Source: Fimbriosthenelais zetlandica (Eukaryota). From it: a stretch of DNA of 64,000 nt. The translations under genes were made by a program, and so were the position numbers. Below, in pieces: positions 1-11,543 of the stretch (positions are counted from its first letter, which is position 1; every line of letters begins with the position of its first letter). The stretch spans positions 17,670,001 to 17,734,000 of the forward strand of contig OZ365112.1 of assembly GCA_977030845.1 (NCBI GenBank), given 5' to 3'. Below the pieces are notes generated by a model that made no database searches, had not been told where the DNA came from, and was given only the letters and a program-made list of their open reading frames with translations.

Positions 1-61
1 ATTGTTTAATGTATATCTGAATTAAATGAATGTTAATTTTATTCTGTTTTTTTTTCTATAG

Positions 62-438
62 AGCTGTCTGAGGTACTGTGGAGCATGTTATTCCGTATCG
101 GTCTCAGTATGAAGGGTTATGCGGGCGTGGCTGGTACCTTCGTCATGTTCACCCCCTGGGCTGTGCTCACTGTTGGGGTACTTCTGGTCATGGAGGGCCT
201 CTCTGCCTTCCTCCACACGCTCCGTCTCCACTGGTCAGTATTCAAATCTCGAATAAACTAACTTCATTGATAGTAACTGTAAATGGGAACATGTAGATAC
301 ATTTGAATGTTTCTTTTCCTAACCCAGTATTAAATTATTTTTAGGGTCGAATTCATGTCCAAGTTCTACAAAGGCGAGGGCTACCTCTTCATGCCCTTCT
401 CCTTCGAACAGATCGTTGACGTCAAGTCAGAAGATTAA
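62..438 (+). CDS. ATP6V0A1: V-type H+-ATPase V0 subunit a, last two exons (62-233, 345-438); 5' part lies outside the window
   Basis: Spliced translation (Q)[10 protein letters not shown]...[18 protein letters not shown]|[30 protein letters not shown] carries the family-diagnostic [18 protein letters not shown] motif. GT-AG intron 234-344. The paralogue number is nominal. Confidence 0.95.
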
Positions 439-2190
439 GGCAAAGATAACGGACTATTGAAGAGGCTCTAAATGAGCTTATGATAAGTTTAGGATCAGCT
501 AGCGAGTAGTTCACCAGTTTCAATGTACCATGTAAATGATCGACATCATTCCGTTAACCTAACCAATGATTATAATTCTGGCTAAATTATTATATTACAA
601 TTAATAGATAATCTTCTGTTTTATCATTTTCTGCTCCTGGCTGGATAGAAAGGTCTAGTTTAAATTTGAGTATGATTGTAGTAACCTAAACAGAACTTCT
701 ATGAGGTATTGTATTGTTTTTGCATGAAATACCCTATTTATTGCAGTTACTCTAACATTTAATATATTAAAGGGCAGATAATGAGAACAATTTGGTGGGG
801 TTGTAATATAAGGAATATCTTCGATAAGGAAGTCAATAAGTCGTAGAGATAATACATATTCTGACTGAACGCTGTGTTAAAGAAACTGGAAGAATTTAAC
901 TGACCGATTTCCATATTGAAATATTCTGAAAAATGTTGTAAGTAGGCTACATTATTGTATAACATCCCTCACTCATTGTGAGACTTTTATGTACCGGTAT
1001 GTGAATGAACCGTAGCTACCTGTCGTATTATATGTAATGTAGTTAATCTGTTGGTCCACAAAGAAGTTTTGCACAAGCCATGAAAAATTAGATAATGTAA
1101 CTTAGTTCTAAACACGAAACAAAAAATCTAATATGCAATAGGCCTATCTATTTACGATCTGGTGATTTGTCCTAGTATTAATGTCAGAAATGTCATCATA
1201 TGAGAATAGACTAGAATGTGGCTATAACTACACTACACCTTTTTGATTTACTTGGTACCGGTACATAGTACATAGAGTTGTACACGTACACCTCTGTGGC
1301 TTGGTATAACCTCAAGCCTTGGGAAAGGTTATTAGAAGGAAACTTATCTTGAGAAATGGGGCGTTGAAAGGAGATGACGTCGAATATTTCTTTTCCCATG
1401 CAATTTATTGCTCAGGGCTGTGGAATTAAGGCATATATGTATTGGTGGAAAACGGAGATCTACATTGAGCATTCCAAATGTGGAATCCAATTTGCTTTAG
1501 TTAAAATGGATTTCTATAATAAGTTATGTGGTGGTTATTAGCCCCTACCGGTATCACATTTTGGGTTTTTTCATTTAAACTCCGAATTTGGTGCCTTTTG
1601 GTTCCATCCAAATTAGTAATTTTAAAGATGTCTCGTGATAGGCCTACTGTGTTACACATTAAATTTATAATTAAAATTAATTAAATCTCCAATAATTTTC
1701 ATATGAGAAATTATGGACATTTAATGCAAATTGTTTTAACGTTTTCTTAAAACCTCATTTGTTAGAGAGAAAACGGAAAACTTTGTTTACTCTCGACCGG
1801 AAACAATAATTATGGCAATGATGATAATGGCTAGTTACCGTAGCGCTTATTAAGAAAATTTCCCCAAATTTCATACGTGCATCCGGCACCGATTTAAAAG
1901 TGTTAATTTCTTGTACATTCAAGCCCTAAGTTAATTTGTCTTTATAGCGAGTTGGTTTTATGGACTGTGATTTTGCAGAATTATTGTGATGAAAGGAGGG
2001 CCTGTCCTCGCCTGAAATTGAACAGTTTGTAAAATCTATGAAAGAATAAATCCAGCATTTTTCTTTTGAGCAAATCATCTCTGTAATTTTTTATTCATGT
2101 AGATCTACCGTACCGTAATGCTGAGGCTAAATAGAATATAAATAGAATCGGTGGAAGATTAGACAACATGCATAGGCCTATGTGTAGGTC

Positions 2191-2292
2191 CAGATCGATC
2201 CCTATAGCGCCCTCTTCCACTTAAGCCTTGTTTATCGACGGAAGATTTGGGAACTGAAGATTTTCAAGATGGCCGCCGTGTTTACCGGATGG
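2191..2292 (+). repeat. 102-bp direct repeat, copy 1 (partner at 11544-11645)
   Basis: 96/102 identical to 11544-11645 by manual alignment. Contains CAAGATGGCCGCC (YY1-like) and TAGCGCCCTCT (CTCF half-motif-like). Confidence 0.9.
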
Positions 2293-3099
2293 TGTCGTGC
2301 GAAATTTGGTCAACTGCGAAATTTGGTTCCCCCCTGACTGGGCGGGGCTTAGCGATAAAACCACACAGGGGACTTCTGGCGGTGTAAGTGAGATCATGGG
2401 TAGGCCTACTGCCGCCGACTACGGGGGAGGGACGGATGCTCTGTCTACTATCCTTCGAGATCACATATTCTCTAATTTTAAACTAAATTAAAATCTAAAA
2501 ACAGGAATTTTTAAATAATGGCCGTATTGAGTCATAACTGCGGCATCCTCCAGCCATAGATGTGTAGAGTCTCTTCACATCTATGGCTATGCTCCAGCCA
2601 AGCTGCTGGCGCGGGAAACTCACTGTGGCGACAGCTAGCGTCACGTGAAGTCCCCAGTAACTCCGGGCTAAATTAATTATTCTGGGCCTATCTTTGGCCA
2701 AATATTTAATATAAATTCAATAATGCATATCTACACTCAGTAATATACTTAATGATTTATAAACATGTATCTGGAAGCATTCCGTTATTTTTTAGAGATG
2801 TAAAACGGGATTTATTTGGTGCGGGATGACCAGTCGTCTGCTTCTTCCAGTGAAAGAGACTGACAGGATCCACAGGGAGTGATGTAAATCGCCTGAAAAT
2901 ACAAGAAAAATGGATTACTTCTCATTGAAACTGCTCACATTTGTTGCAGGTAAGTCAATGCGTCTCCTGGTATACATTTTGTCGGAGGAAATGTTGTATT
3001 TGATGTGAATTTTGGGTTTTGCTGGGGACATCCTCTCTGAAAGGCAGCTATGCTATGACATGTATGATAAAGATGAGGCACGGAGCCCCCCCGGCCTGG

Positions 3100-3860
3100 G
3101 TTGGGAGGTGTAGAAAATGTTCCGGCAATATGTGAAAATGGACAATTACGAATCAAATTCTATGTGATAACAGTAGAGGAAATGTCAGGGAATCATCTCG
3201 TATAGATCTTTTATAGATTTAATTTGAAAATAATACTTTAATTTGGACCGAGAGAGTCTGGTTTGGCCCTGCCCCATACTGTTTAACGTTGAAACGTCAG
3301 TGGTGGTGGGGGCGAGAAGGGCGTGGAAAATGTGTCGGCAATTGCTGAAAATATGCAGTTATGAATTTAATGTCATGTCATGGGGACAGAAAACATGTCA
3401 GGGATTCATGTCGTATAGGTATTTTTTCGATTTAGTTTGAAATTGATACTTTAATTTGGATCGGGAGTTGGGCGGCCGCCATCATTATGATACTAGACTA
3501 GTCACTAGTGAGTAGTGTTGAAGTCGGGAGTGCGGGGCGTCGTGAAAAATGTCCGATAATGTAATGAAAACTTCGAACCATGAATCGAATTTTATGTCAA
3601 GGTGATAGATAAGACATCAGGGGATCATTTCGTATTGGTCTTTTATAGATTTAGTTTGAAAATGATACTTTAATTTGGGTTGGGATTTGGGCGATTTCTA
3701 GTTGGGCGGCCGCCACCATTCATTATGATAGTGTTGTCTGTTGAAGTCGGGAGTGCGGGCCGTCGTGGAAAATGTCCCATTTAATGTTATGAAAAATTCT
3801 AACCAATTTACCATGAATCTAAGTTTATGTCAAGGCTATAGATAAGACATCAGAAAATTA
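3100..3860. repeat. Degenerate tandem repeat, ~210-220 bp unit, ~4 copies
   Basis: Recurring blocks GAAAATGT..., TCAGGG..TCAT.TCGTAT, GATTTAGTTTGAAA.TGATACTTTAATTTGG, GGGCGGCCGCC and GAAGTCGGGAGTGCGGG at ~200-220 bp spacing. Confidence 0.75.
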
Positions 3861-4144
3861 ATTGACTTGGAAACTGTCGCAGATGGGCAGGGCGGCCATG
3901 GTTGATCCTACAAAACATTTACTATCCGGTTGGGCGAGGATGTCCAATTTATCCTGAACATAAAATTAAGTTCATTTTTTCTTCTCCAACAGCTTGAAGA
4001 TTGCCGGTCGAACTGAAATAGACTATGGAGGGAGACAATAATTTAAGATCTGCGGCGCCCCTTCTGAAGTTATCAAAAAGACTAAATAGATGACACTGCA
4101 TGGACCATTGCCTGGTAAGCTACCCATTTCTGACGTAATAGATA

Positions 4145-4499
4145 AGGCCACATACAAAATTACTTGTTTAGTGTCCCCTCCCGTCCTAAAAATGGCACTG
4201 GGCTAGATTTTTAAAGGTAAGAGATATACAAAAATTAATTGTTAAAAAAAATTGTTAGTCCTAGATATACCTACATTATTTTACTTTCATAAAAACAAAA
4301 AATGTCCAAATTAAAAAAAAAATTGAATTTCTATCTTTTAAATCTTTTCAAATTGTATTCATTCATGCCATGGTCCAACCACCCTCCCACATTAAATAAA
4401 TAATATTTTAAAAAGTTAAACCAAACGCACAATAATCAGGCCCGTGCAGCACAAAGTGGAATATGGGAGCATTATACACAAGTTTATTTTATGTGGCCT
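4145..4499. mobile_element. MITE, 355 bp, ~24-bp TIRs, TA-flanked
   Basis: Left AGGCCACATACAAAATTACTTGT vs right ACAAGTTTATTTTATGTGGCCT (near-perfect inverted). TA at 4143-4144 and 4500-4501. No ORF. Confidence 0.75.
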
Positions 4500-4589
4500 T
4501 ATATAAAATTACATTTTTTCGGTGATATTTACCTCATTGATGCATCATATATAGGTCTACTCAAATATTCTTCTAACCTACAGTGTCCT

Positions 4590-5110
4590 TATTATCTAAT
4601 TATTTTAATTTTTGTTGGTGTTTATGACTGAATTGAAGAGTGAATATTTAATTGTGATGGGTCGTGGGATATGCATGGTTATTGTGATCAACTGATTATT
4701 AAGATATAAAATAGATCTTTATATCTAGATGCTCAACAATATTCCATGAATTATCAAGGGAATAATTAATGCGGGTTAGATAGTGTAGGTTTGTGTAATC
4801 GATTAGCAATTAAAACTAATTAGAAAATAATCAATGTAAAAAACAATTTTTTAATTTTTGTTGGTGTTCATGATTGACTTGAGTTCTTTTTTTTTCCACC
4901 CTTACATTTAATTATGATGAGATATGCATGGTTATTGTGTTCAACTGATTATTAAGTTCTAAAAAAGATATGAGAACAGTTCAACTAATAATTATTATTG
5001 TAAATAAAAACGTAGCCCCTATTAAAAGGTTTTATACTTTTAATAGGAATTATCAAGGGATTATTTCATAGATATGGTTATATATGGTTTGTGTGATCGA
5101 CTCATTATTT
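4590..5110. repeat. Old ~250-300 bp tandem duplication, AT-rich
   Basis: GATATGCATGGTTATTGTG.TCAACTGATTATTAAG occurs at ~4668 and ~4921. TTTTGTTGGTGTT.ATGA at ~4610 and ~4856. GAATTATCAAGGGA at ~4748 and ~5047. Confidence 0.65.
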
Positions 5111-6829
5111 AGAAAAAAAATCTATAGAAAAGAGAACTGAATTACTAATAATTATTAATGTAAGGGTGGAAAAAATAGGACATCAACTGGTTGTGAATCT
5201 AAAGTCAAAGGTGATCGATAAAAAAGACAGGACATAAACAAAAGCTTTGGGAGAACCCTGAAATTAAATATTGAGATTTGTCTTGGGGAATATTGTAACC
5301 GTAACGTAAGACATTTCTGAATAAATAAATGAATAAATTAGGAGGAAGCTTATCATCTGTCACTCCTGGTAAATTAGGCCCCTGAATTATTATATTTTAA
5401 ATTTAATTATTGGGTTTCCCCCTTTTTTTATATACATAAAATGGTGATCTAAATTCTTTATAGTGATAATAAATAAATTCCGTTAGCTTTTTAAGTATTT
5501 CATATGTGGCGTTTTAAAAAAGATTCGGCCATAATGGCATTACTCTGTCTGGTGTCTGATGTTAAGGTAGTGTTTAATTTTGCCACTAGGGGGAAGCAGC
5601 GTTCTTACCATTGAACTGAGTTTGAGGGCTCGCTCACTATACTTCTCTCTACCTTAACACTCAGTAGATGAGTTTCAATATGAATGCTCTGATATTTCAC
5701 GTATGATATCATATTAATTTATATTTATAGAAATAATTTACTGTTACGTATATTGTATTGTCTTCTCACTGAATATTATATGTTTGTTTCTTTTAATATT
5801 TTAGATGTCATTTAAAATATTATATTTTAATATCTTCGATTTCCCTTCTGGCTATAGCTCTGACAGACAGCCCTCTCCCTGAAGGATGACAAGGTCAACG
5901 TCAAGGTCACGCGAGGACATGAGGTCAACACTCCCAAGACGACGGCCACTGCACTCATCACCACTCTACTCGCCACCACTCGGACTCCACTCGCCACCAC
6001 TCTACTCACCACCGCTCCACTCGCCACCACTCCACTCACCTTCTACTAGAACTACTACGCATTTTACACTTAAGTAGAACAAATACATATTTATAATAGG
6101 ATTAGGATGTAGTCAGATGTTAGTCAGTTCTTTGTATAATGAGCTTGTCTAACTGCTACCACGAGCTGACCACTCCACCAGCTGTCTTACCCACCAAGTC
6201 GCGGTGTCCATCCCTAGTATATAAAAGGTAAACTCAAAATGACTAGTTTTGATTAGGAGTAGGCTGCGGTCAGAGGTTACCTCGGAACATGTATGTCAAC
6301 TTTCTACATCATGGTTGAAATGTCTGTGTTGGAAATCTTGAATTGTATTGATACTAGTGGAACTTTTTCCACACAAACAAAAATCTGTTGGGAAAATAAT
6401 GTATATGTGTTGACTTGCACATATACATTTTAGGCCCATGTCTTAGAAATCTTAAGATGTGAATTTTAAATGTCGGCAACTATCAGGCTGATTTATTTTC
6501 ATTTATTATAAATCAAGTAAGGGGTCAAAATTAGGACACTTTCAGAAGTAGGGCAACATGCCAAATTACCAATTTACTTTTACTCTTGTGTGATTTCGCC
6601 TATTACCTTCACCGTTGGAGTGCCCGAAACAAAAGAAAAAAACAAAACAAAAAAACTCATCAAAATGGGAACAGAGTAGCTTCCGTTTTAAGTTTAAGGC
6701 TTATTCCCACTTTTAGTAAAGTCCTATTTAACTACTATAAAAGTCCTAACTATCAAAACATGATATTCCTCCCTTTGGAAAACAACTGGAATATTTGGAT
6801 ATCAGGCTAGTGGATTGTTTTACCCGACT

Positions 6830-7025
6830 TTTTGCTTGGATTACATTTTTTTCTTTGGATTACACGATTTTTCTACAAAATTTGGATACAACGATTTTTC
6901 CATTTTGGATTTGGGAACCTTTTCATTTTGGATTGATTTTCCCCTTTTGGATTACTTTTTCTGTTTGGATTTCATCACGGATTTATACATCACGGATACA
7001 TAACGATTTTTCGTTTTGGAACTTT
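6830..7025. repeat. Degenerate short tandem repeat with TTTGGAT core
   Basis: About 8 recurrences of (T/C)TTGGAT at irregular ~17-25 bp spacing with T-rich linkers and ACGATTTTT sub-motifs. Confidence 0.6.
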
Positions 7026-7294
7026 AATAAACTTTTATGGGAGCCACACTGGTGGGGTATTGATGGGTTCAAGGGGCGCTACCTATAGACAGGATAAATT
7101 CCATAGCTCCAAATGACATATCATTGTTATTCTGGCCAGATGCCAAATTACGAGAATTGGTAAACTTTGCATACTGTATTGTGGCCAGGGCTAGCCCAAT
7201 TAACAGGAGATGATGTTTTTTATTTAGGATGTTTTGTGCATGATTTCTGCTGCTAGTGTATATTTGGCCAATCCATTATGAAATATTTATATTA

Positions 7295-7631
7295 GGCCAG
7301 ACTTTTTTTTATTGTTTGGTTCACGGACAAAATAGGTCGGCGGACACAAAAGAAATTATTTATAATTTTTGTGTGTGTGTGTCACTCCAACAAAGGGGAT
7401 GCAAACAATGATTACGGCAGATAATTCCTCAATTAAAAGGCAGATTTAATTGTTAATTTCAGAGCATTTTAAATCGTTGGGGGGCGGAGCTAAAAAAAAA
7501 AAAAAAAAAATTACCCATATTATGACAATATAACGTCGGCGGATCTGCTAATGCTGGGAAATTTTTTTTTTCTATTTGTCAAAAAATTTCGTCGGCGGAT
7601 CCGCGAACCAAACAATAAAAAAAGTCTAGCC
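7295..7631. mobile_element. MITE, 337 bp, ~33-bp TIRs, TA-flanked
   Basis: Left GGCCAGACTTTTTTTTATTGTTTGGTTCACGGA vs right TCCGCGAACCAAACAATAAAAAAAGTCTAGCC. TA at 7293-7294 and 7632-7633. Three internal GTCGGCGG sub-terminal motifs. Confidence 0.85.
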
Positions 7632-7729
7632 TAAATATAGAAAATGAATTATCTGATTTTGGAAGCGATGTAAATGTTTACTAATATTGCTCTTTTTTAA
7701 GAATCGACTCATGGACGTGGCGCTTGGAT

Positions 7730-8544
7730 GGGGTGGGCTCGTGGGCGTCGAGTGGCGGGGGTGGGCTCGTGGGCGTCGAGTGGAGGGGGTGGGTCGTGGG
7801 CGTCGAGTGGAGGGGGTGGGCTCGTGGGCGTCGAGTGGAGGGGGTGGGTCGTGGGCGTCGAGTGGAGGGGGTGGGTGTCGAGTGGCGGGGGTGGGCTCGT
7901 GGGCGTCGAGTGGCGGGGGTGGGCTCGTGGGCGTCGAGTGGAGGGGGTGGGCTCGTGGGCGTCGAGTGGAGGGGGTGGGCTCGTGGGCGTCGAGTGGAGG
8001 GGGTGGGCTCGTGGGCGTCGAGTGGAGGGGGTGGGCTCGTGGGTGTCGAGTGGAGGGGGTGGGCGTCGAGTGGCGGGGGTGGGCTCGTGGGCGTCGAGTG
8101 GAGGGGGTGGGCTCGTGGGCGTCGAGTGGAGGGGGTGGGCTCGTGGGCGTCGAGTGGCGGGGGTGGGCTCGTGGGCGTCGAGTGGAGGGGGTGGGCTCGT
8201 GGGCGTCGAGTGGCGGGGGTGGGCTCGTGGGCGTCGAGTGGCGGGGGTGGGCTCGTGGGCGTCGAGTGGCGGGGGTGGGCTCGTGGGCGTCGAGTGGAGG
8301 GGGTGGGCTCGTGGGCGTCGAGTGGAGGGGGTGGGCTCGTGGGCGTCGAGTGGAGGGGGTGGGCTCGTGGGCGTCGAGTGGAGGGGGTGGGCTCGTGGGC
8401 GTCGAGCGGCGGGGGTGGGCTCGTGGGCGTCGAGTGGCGGGGGTGGGCTCGTGGGCGTCGAGTGGCGGGGGTGGGCTCGTGGGCGTCGAGTGGAGGGGGT
8501 GGGCTCGTGGGCGTCGAGTGGAGGGGGTGGGCTCGTGGGCGTCG
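7730..8544 (+). repeat. G-rich minisatellite A, 28-bp unit GGGCTCGTGGGCGTCGAGTGG(A/C)GGGGGT, ~29 copies
   Basis: Period read directly (7921 to 7949). ORF translations repeat every 28 aa (3 units). Confidence 0.97.
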
Positions 8545-8553
8545 GGTCCAAGA

Positions 8554-10101
8554 CTCGCCGCTCCCGAATCCATTTCCCAATGCTCGCCTCTCCCGAATCC
8601 ATTTCTCAATGCTCGCCTCTCCCGAATCCATTTCCCAATGCTCGCCTCTCCCGAATCCATTTCCCAATGCTCGCCTCTCCCGAATCCATTTCCCAATGCT
8701 CGCCTCTCCCGAATCCATTTCCCAATGCTCGCCTCTCCCGAATCCATTTCTCAATGCTCGCCTCTCCCGAATCCATTTCTCAATGCTCGCCTCTCCCGAA
8801 TCCATTTCCCAATGCTCGCCTCTCCCGAATCCATTTCCCAATGCTCGCCTCTCCCGAATCCATTTCCCAATGCTCGCCTCTCCCGAATCCATTTCCCAAT
8901 GCTCGCCTCTCCCGAATCCATTTCTCAATGCTCGCCTCTCCCGAATCCATTTCTCAATGCTCGCCTCTCCCGAATCCATTTCCCAATGCTCGCCTCTCCC
9001 GAATCCATTTCCCAATGCTCGCCTCTCCCGAATCCATTTCCCAATGCTCGCCTCTCCCGAATCCATTTCTCAATGCTCGCCTCTCCCGAATCCATTTCCC
9101 AATGCTCGCCTCTCCCGAATCCATTTCCCAATGCTCGCCTCTCCCGAATCCATTTCCCAATGCTCGCCTCTCCCGAATCCATTTCCCAATGCTCGCCTCT
9201 CCCGACTCCATTTCCCAATGCTCGCCTCTCCCGAATCCATTTCCCAATGCTCGCCTCTCCCGAATCCATTTCTCAATGCTCGCCTCTCCCGAATCCATTT
9301 CCCAATGCTCGCCTCTCCCGAATCCATTTCCCATTGCTCGCCTCTCCCGAATCCATTTCCCAATGCTCGCCTCTCCCGAATCCATTTCCCAATGCTCGCC
9401 TCTCCCGAATCCATTTCCCAATGCTCGCCTCTCCCGAATCCATTTCCCAATGCTCGCCTCTCCCGAATCCATTTCCCAATGCTCGCCTCTCCCGAATCCA
9501 TTTCCCAATGCTCGCCTCTCCCGAATCCATTTCCCAATGCTCGCCTCTCCCGAATCCATTTCCCAATGCTCGCCTCTCCCGAATCCATTTCTCAATGCTC
9601 GCCTCTCCCGAATCCATTCCCCAATGCTCGCCTCTCCCGAATCCATTTCCCAATGCTCGCCTCTCCCGAATCCATTTCCCAATGCTCGCCTCTCCCGAAT
9701 CCATTTCTCAATGCTCGCCTCTCCCGAATCCATTTCTCAATGCTCGCCTCTCCCGAATCCATTTCCCAATGCTCGCCTCTCCCGAATCCATTTCCCAATG
9801 CTCGCCTCTCCCGAATCCATTTCCCAATGCTCGCCTCTCCCGAATCCATTTCCCAATGCTCGCCTCTCCCGAATCCATTTCCCAATGCTCGCCTCTCCCG
9901 ACTCCATTTCCCATTGCTCGCCTCTCCCGACTCCATTTCCCAATGCTCGCCTCTCCCGAATCCATTTCCCAATGCTCGCCTCTCCCGAATCCATTTCCCA
10001 ATGCTCGCCTCTCCCGACTCCATTTCCCATTGCTCGCCTCTCCCGACTCCATTTCCCAATGCTCGCCTCTCCCGAATCCATTTCCCAATGCTCGCCGCTC
10101 C
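8554..10101 (+). repeat. Pyrimidine-rich minisatellite B, 29-bp unit CTCGCCTCTCCCGAATCCATTT(C/T)CAATG-type, ~53 copies
   Basis: Period 29 read directly; translations repeat every 29 aa. Consensus CTCGCCTCTCCCGAATCCATTTCCCAATG with TTCTC, CCATTG and GACTCC variants. Confidence 0.97.
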
Positions 10102-10329
10102 TGACCGGAGGACCAGCGTGAGGACGGATGCCCCGCGTGAGGACGGAGGAGATGATGAAAATGAAGCGTGCGTGGTCGTAGCCTGTCAAAGCCTGTCTAT
10201 GATAGCGCCCCCAACCCCTTCATCTCCCATTCTCATCCCCGTGTTTCACCGATCGTTGACCTAATCTCGCAGTATGGCATGGTGTGGTACATATATAGGC
10301 CTAGGGATTTTACTGCGCGGCCTGGAATT

Positions 10330-10570
10330 TTTTTTCATTAGGCCCTACTGGAAATTTTTTTTCATTTATTTATTTTAGCCTTCCGACCTCCGACGTCTAA
10401 AATGTTTATATCATATAATTTTTTTTTAACAGTTTATATATACTTTTAATGAAGATTTAAAAAAGAATATTATTGCAAGGCCTACGATGACTAAGCTATT
10501 GTGATTCAGACATTTTTTATTTATTATTAAGCCCGCCTCCCCAAAAACCAAACAATAAAAAAAGCCAGCC
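10330..10570. mobile_element. Remnant of the same MITE family as 7295-7631 (right TIR only)
   Basis: AACCAAACAATAAAAAAAGCCAGCC|TA at 10546-10572 matches the right TIR of the 7295 element. CCGACCTCCGACG resembles the reverse complement of its GTCGGCGG motifs. Confidence 0.6.
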
Positions 10571-11041
10571 TATAGATTATTTGCTGGTAGGCCGACTGGC
10601 TTGATATTTAAAAACGGAAGCTACTTCTCTCCCACTAATTTTCCTGCTAAAATCATCGAAATAGGCTACGGTACCCTAGTTGGTGGGACAAAGTGATCTC
10701 AATCCTGTTTATTTTACCATCTACATTTGAAAGGTTATAGGCCTAGGCCTACTCCTAATTGAATGGTATATGATGAGACAGAGAATATCGGAAAAAAAAT
10801 ACTTTGTAAAATTGAAAATGTCTTCTTGTGGTGCCGAATAATATCAGGTTACAAAAATAAATTATCATATATCTTGAATATGCATTATGATACAGAGCCA
10901 TTTAGGCCTACTTCTAATTGGATTGAAAGTTTTGACAATATTTTTACAAACACTGGTCTAGGAAATGAAGATGATGTGTTACAAACAAACCATGTTATAT
11001 CTTTTGTTATGTCAAAAGTGGTCCCTGATTGTATGAAATAA

Positions 11042-11340
11042 ATAAATCTATTTGATACAAATATTGAGGCGTTAGGTCTTCGCATTACCGATGGCACTGC
11101 TAGGCCACTAGGCCTAATACTTAGTGTTGTTTACCGTCCCCCTTTTGGGAGCATTTCCGACTTTGTCGACTCTCAATGATACGGTCCTGATCGGTCCTTT
11201 TAATACTAATCTTATCTTTTTCAAAATAATAGTGGCAAAAACACTTCTTGCCTTCACAAATAGTTGACTGGAAACAATAATTAAGGATCCTACTAGAATT
11301 GACATGCAACAGAAATCCTGTAACGACTTTAATCTTTGCT
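11042..11340 (+). mobile_element. Degenerate LINE (CR1/L2-like) APE endonuclease fragment
   Basis: Frameshifted, stop-containing translation IEALGLRI..LILSVVYRPP..ISDFVDS / VLIGPFNTNL / IIKDPTRI..KSCNDFNLC resembles the YRPP, GDFN and xxPTR...IDL motifs of non-LTR endonucleases. Confidence 0.7.
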
Positions 11341-11543
11341 GATATGGCCCATCTTCATAGGCCTACTGCTGGTACTATCAATCACACTCCGCACAGTGGC
11401 GCTCCAGTCGCTCCATGGGAACATTAAGCTGATTCCACCCCTAGCTCACTTCTGTCTTTGTAATGCTACTGTCATATCGTTTTAAAACAAAATATATTTG
11501 TTTTTCATGAGATAGAAACGGAAAACTAATCGTATCTCCGATT

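Noticed and set aside
4914-4950. C/D-box snoRNA-like ATGATGA...CTGA pairs (also ~1985-2013)
   Set aside because: Boxes too close (~30 nt) and no terminal stems.
7730-10101. CRISPR-like appearance (28-29 bp repeats)
   Set aside because: Units are contiguous with no unique spacers, there are no cas genes, and the context is eukaryotic.
7626-10264. Long ORFs of 373-846 aa on both strands
   Set aside because: They are stop-free translations of the 28/29-bp arrays, open in several frames at once, with no splice or codon evidence.
10763-11041. 92-aa ORF upstream of the LINE fragment
   Set aside because: No recognisable motif or splice context; AT-rich chance ORF or decayed element.
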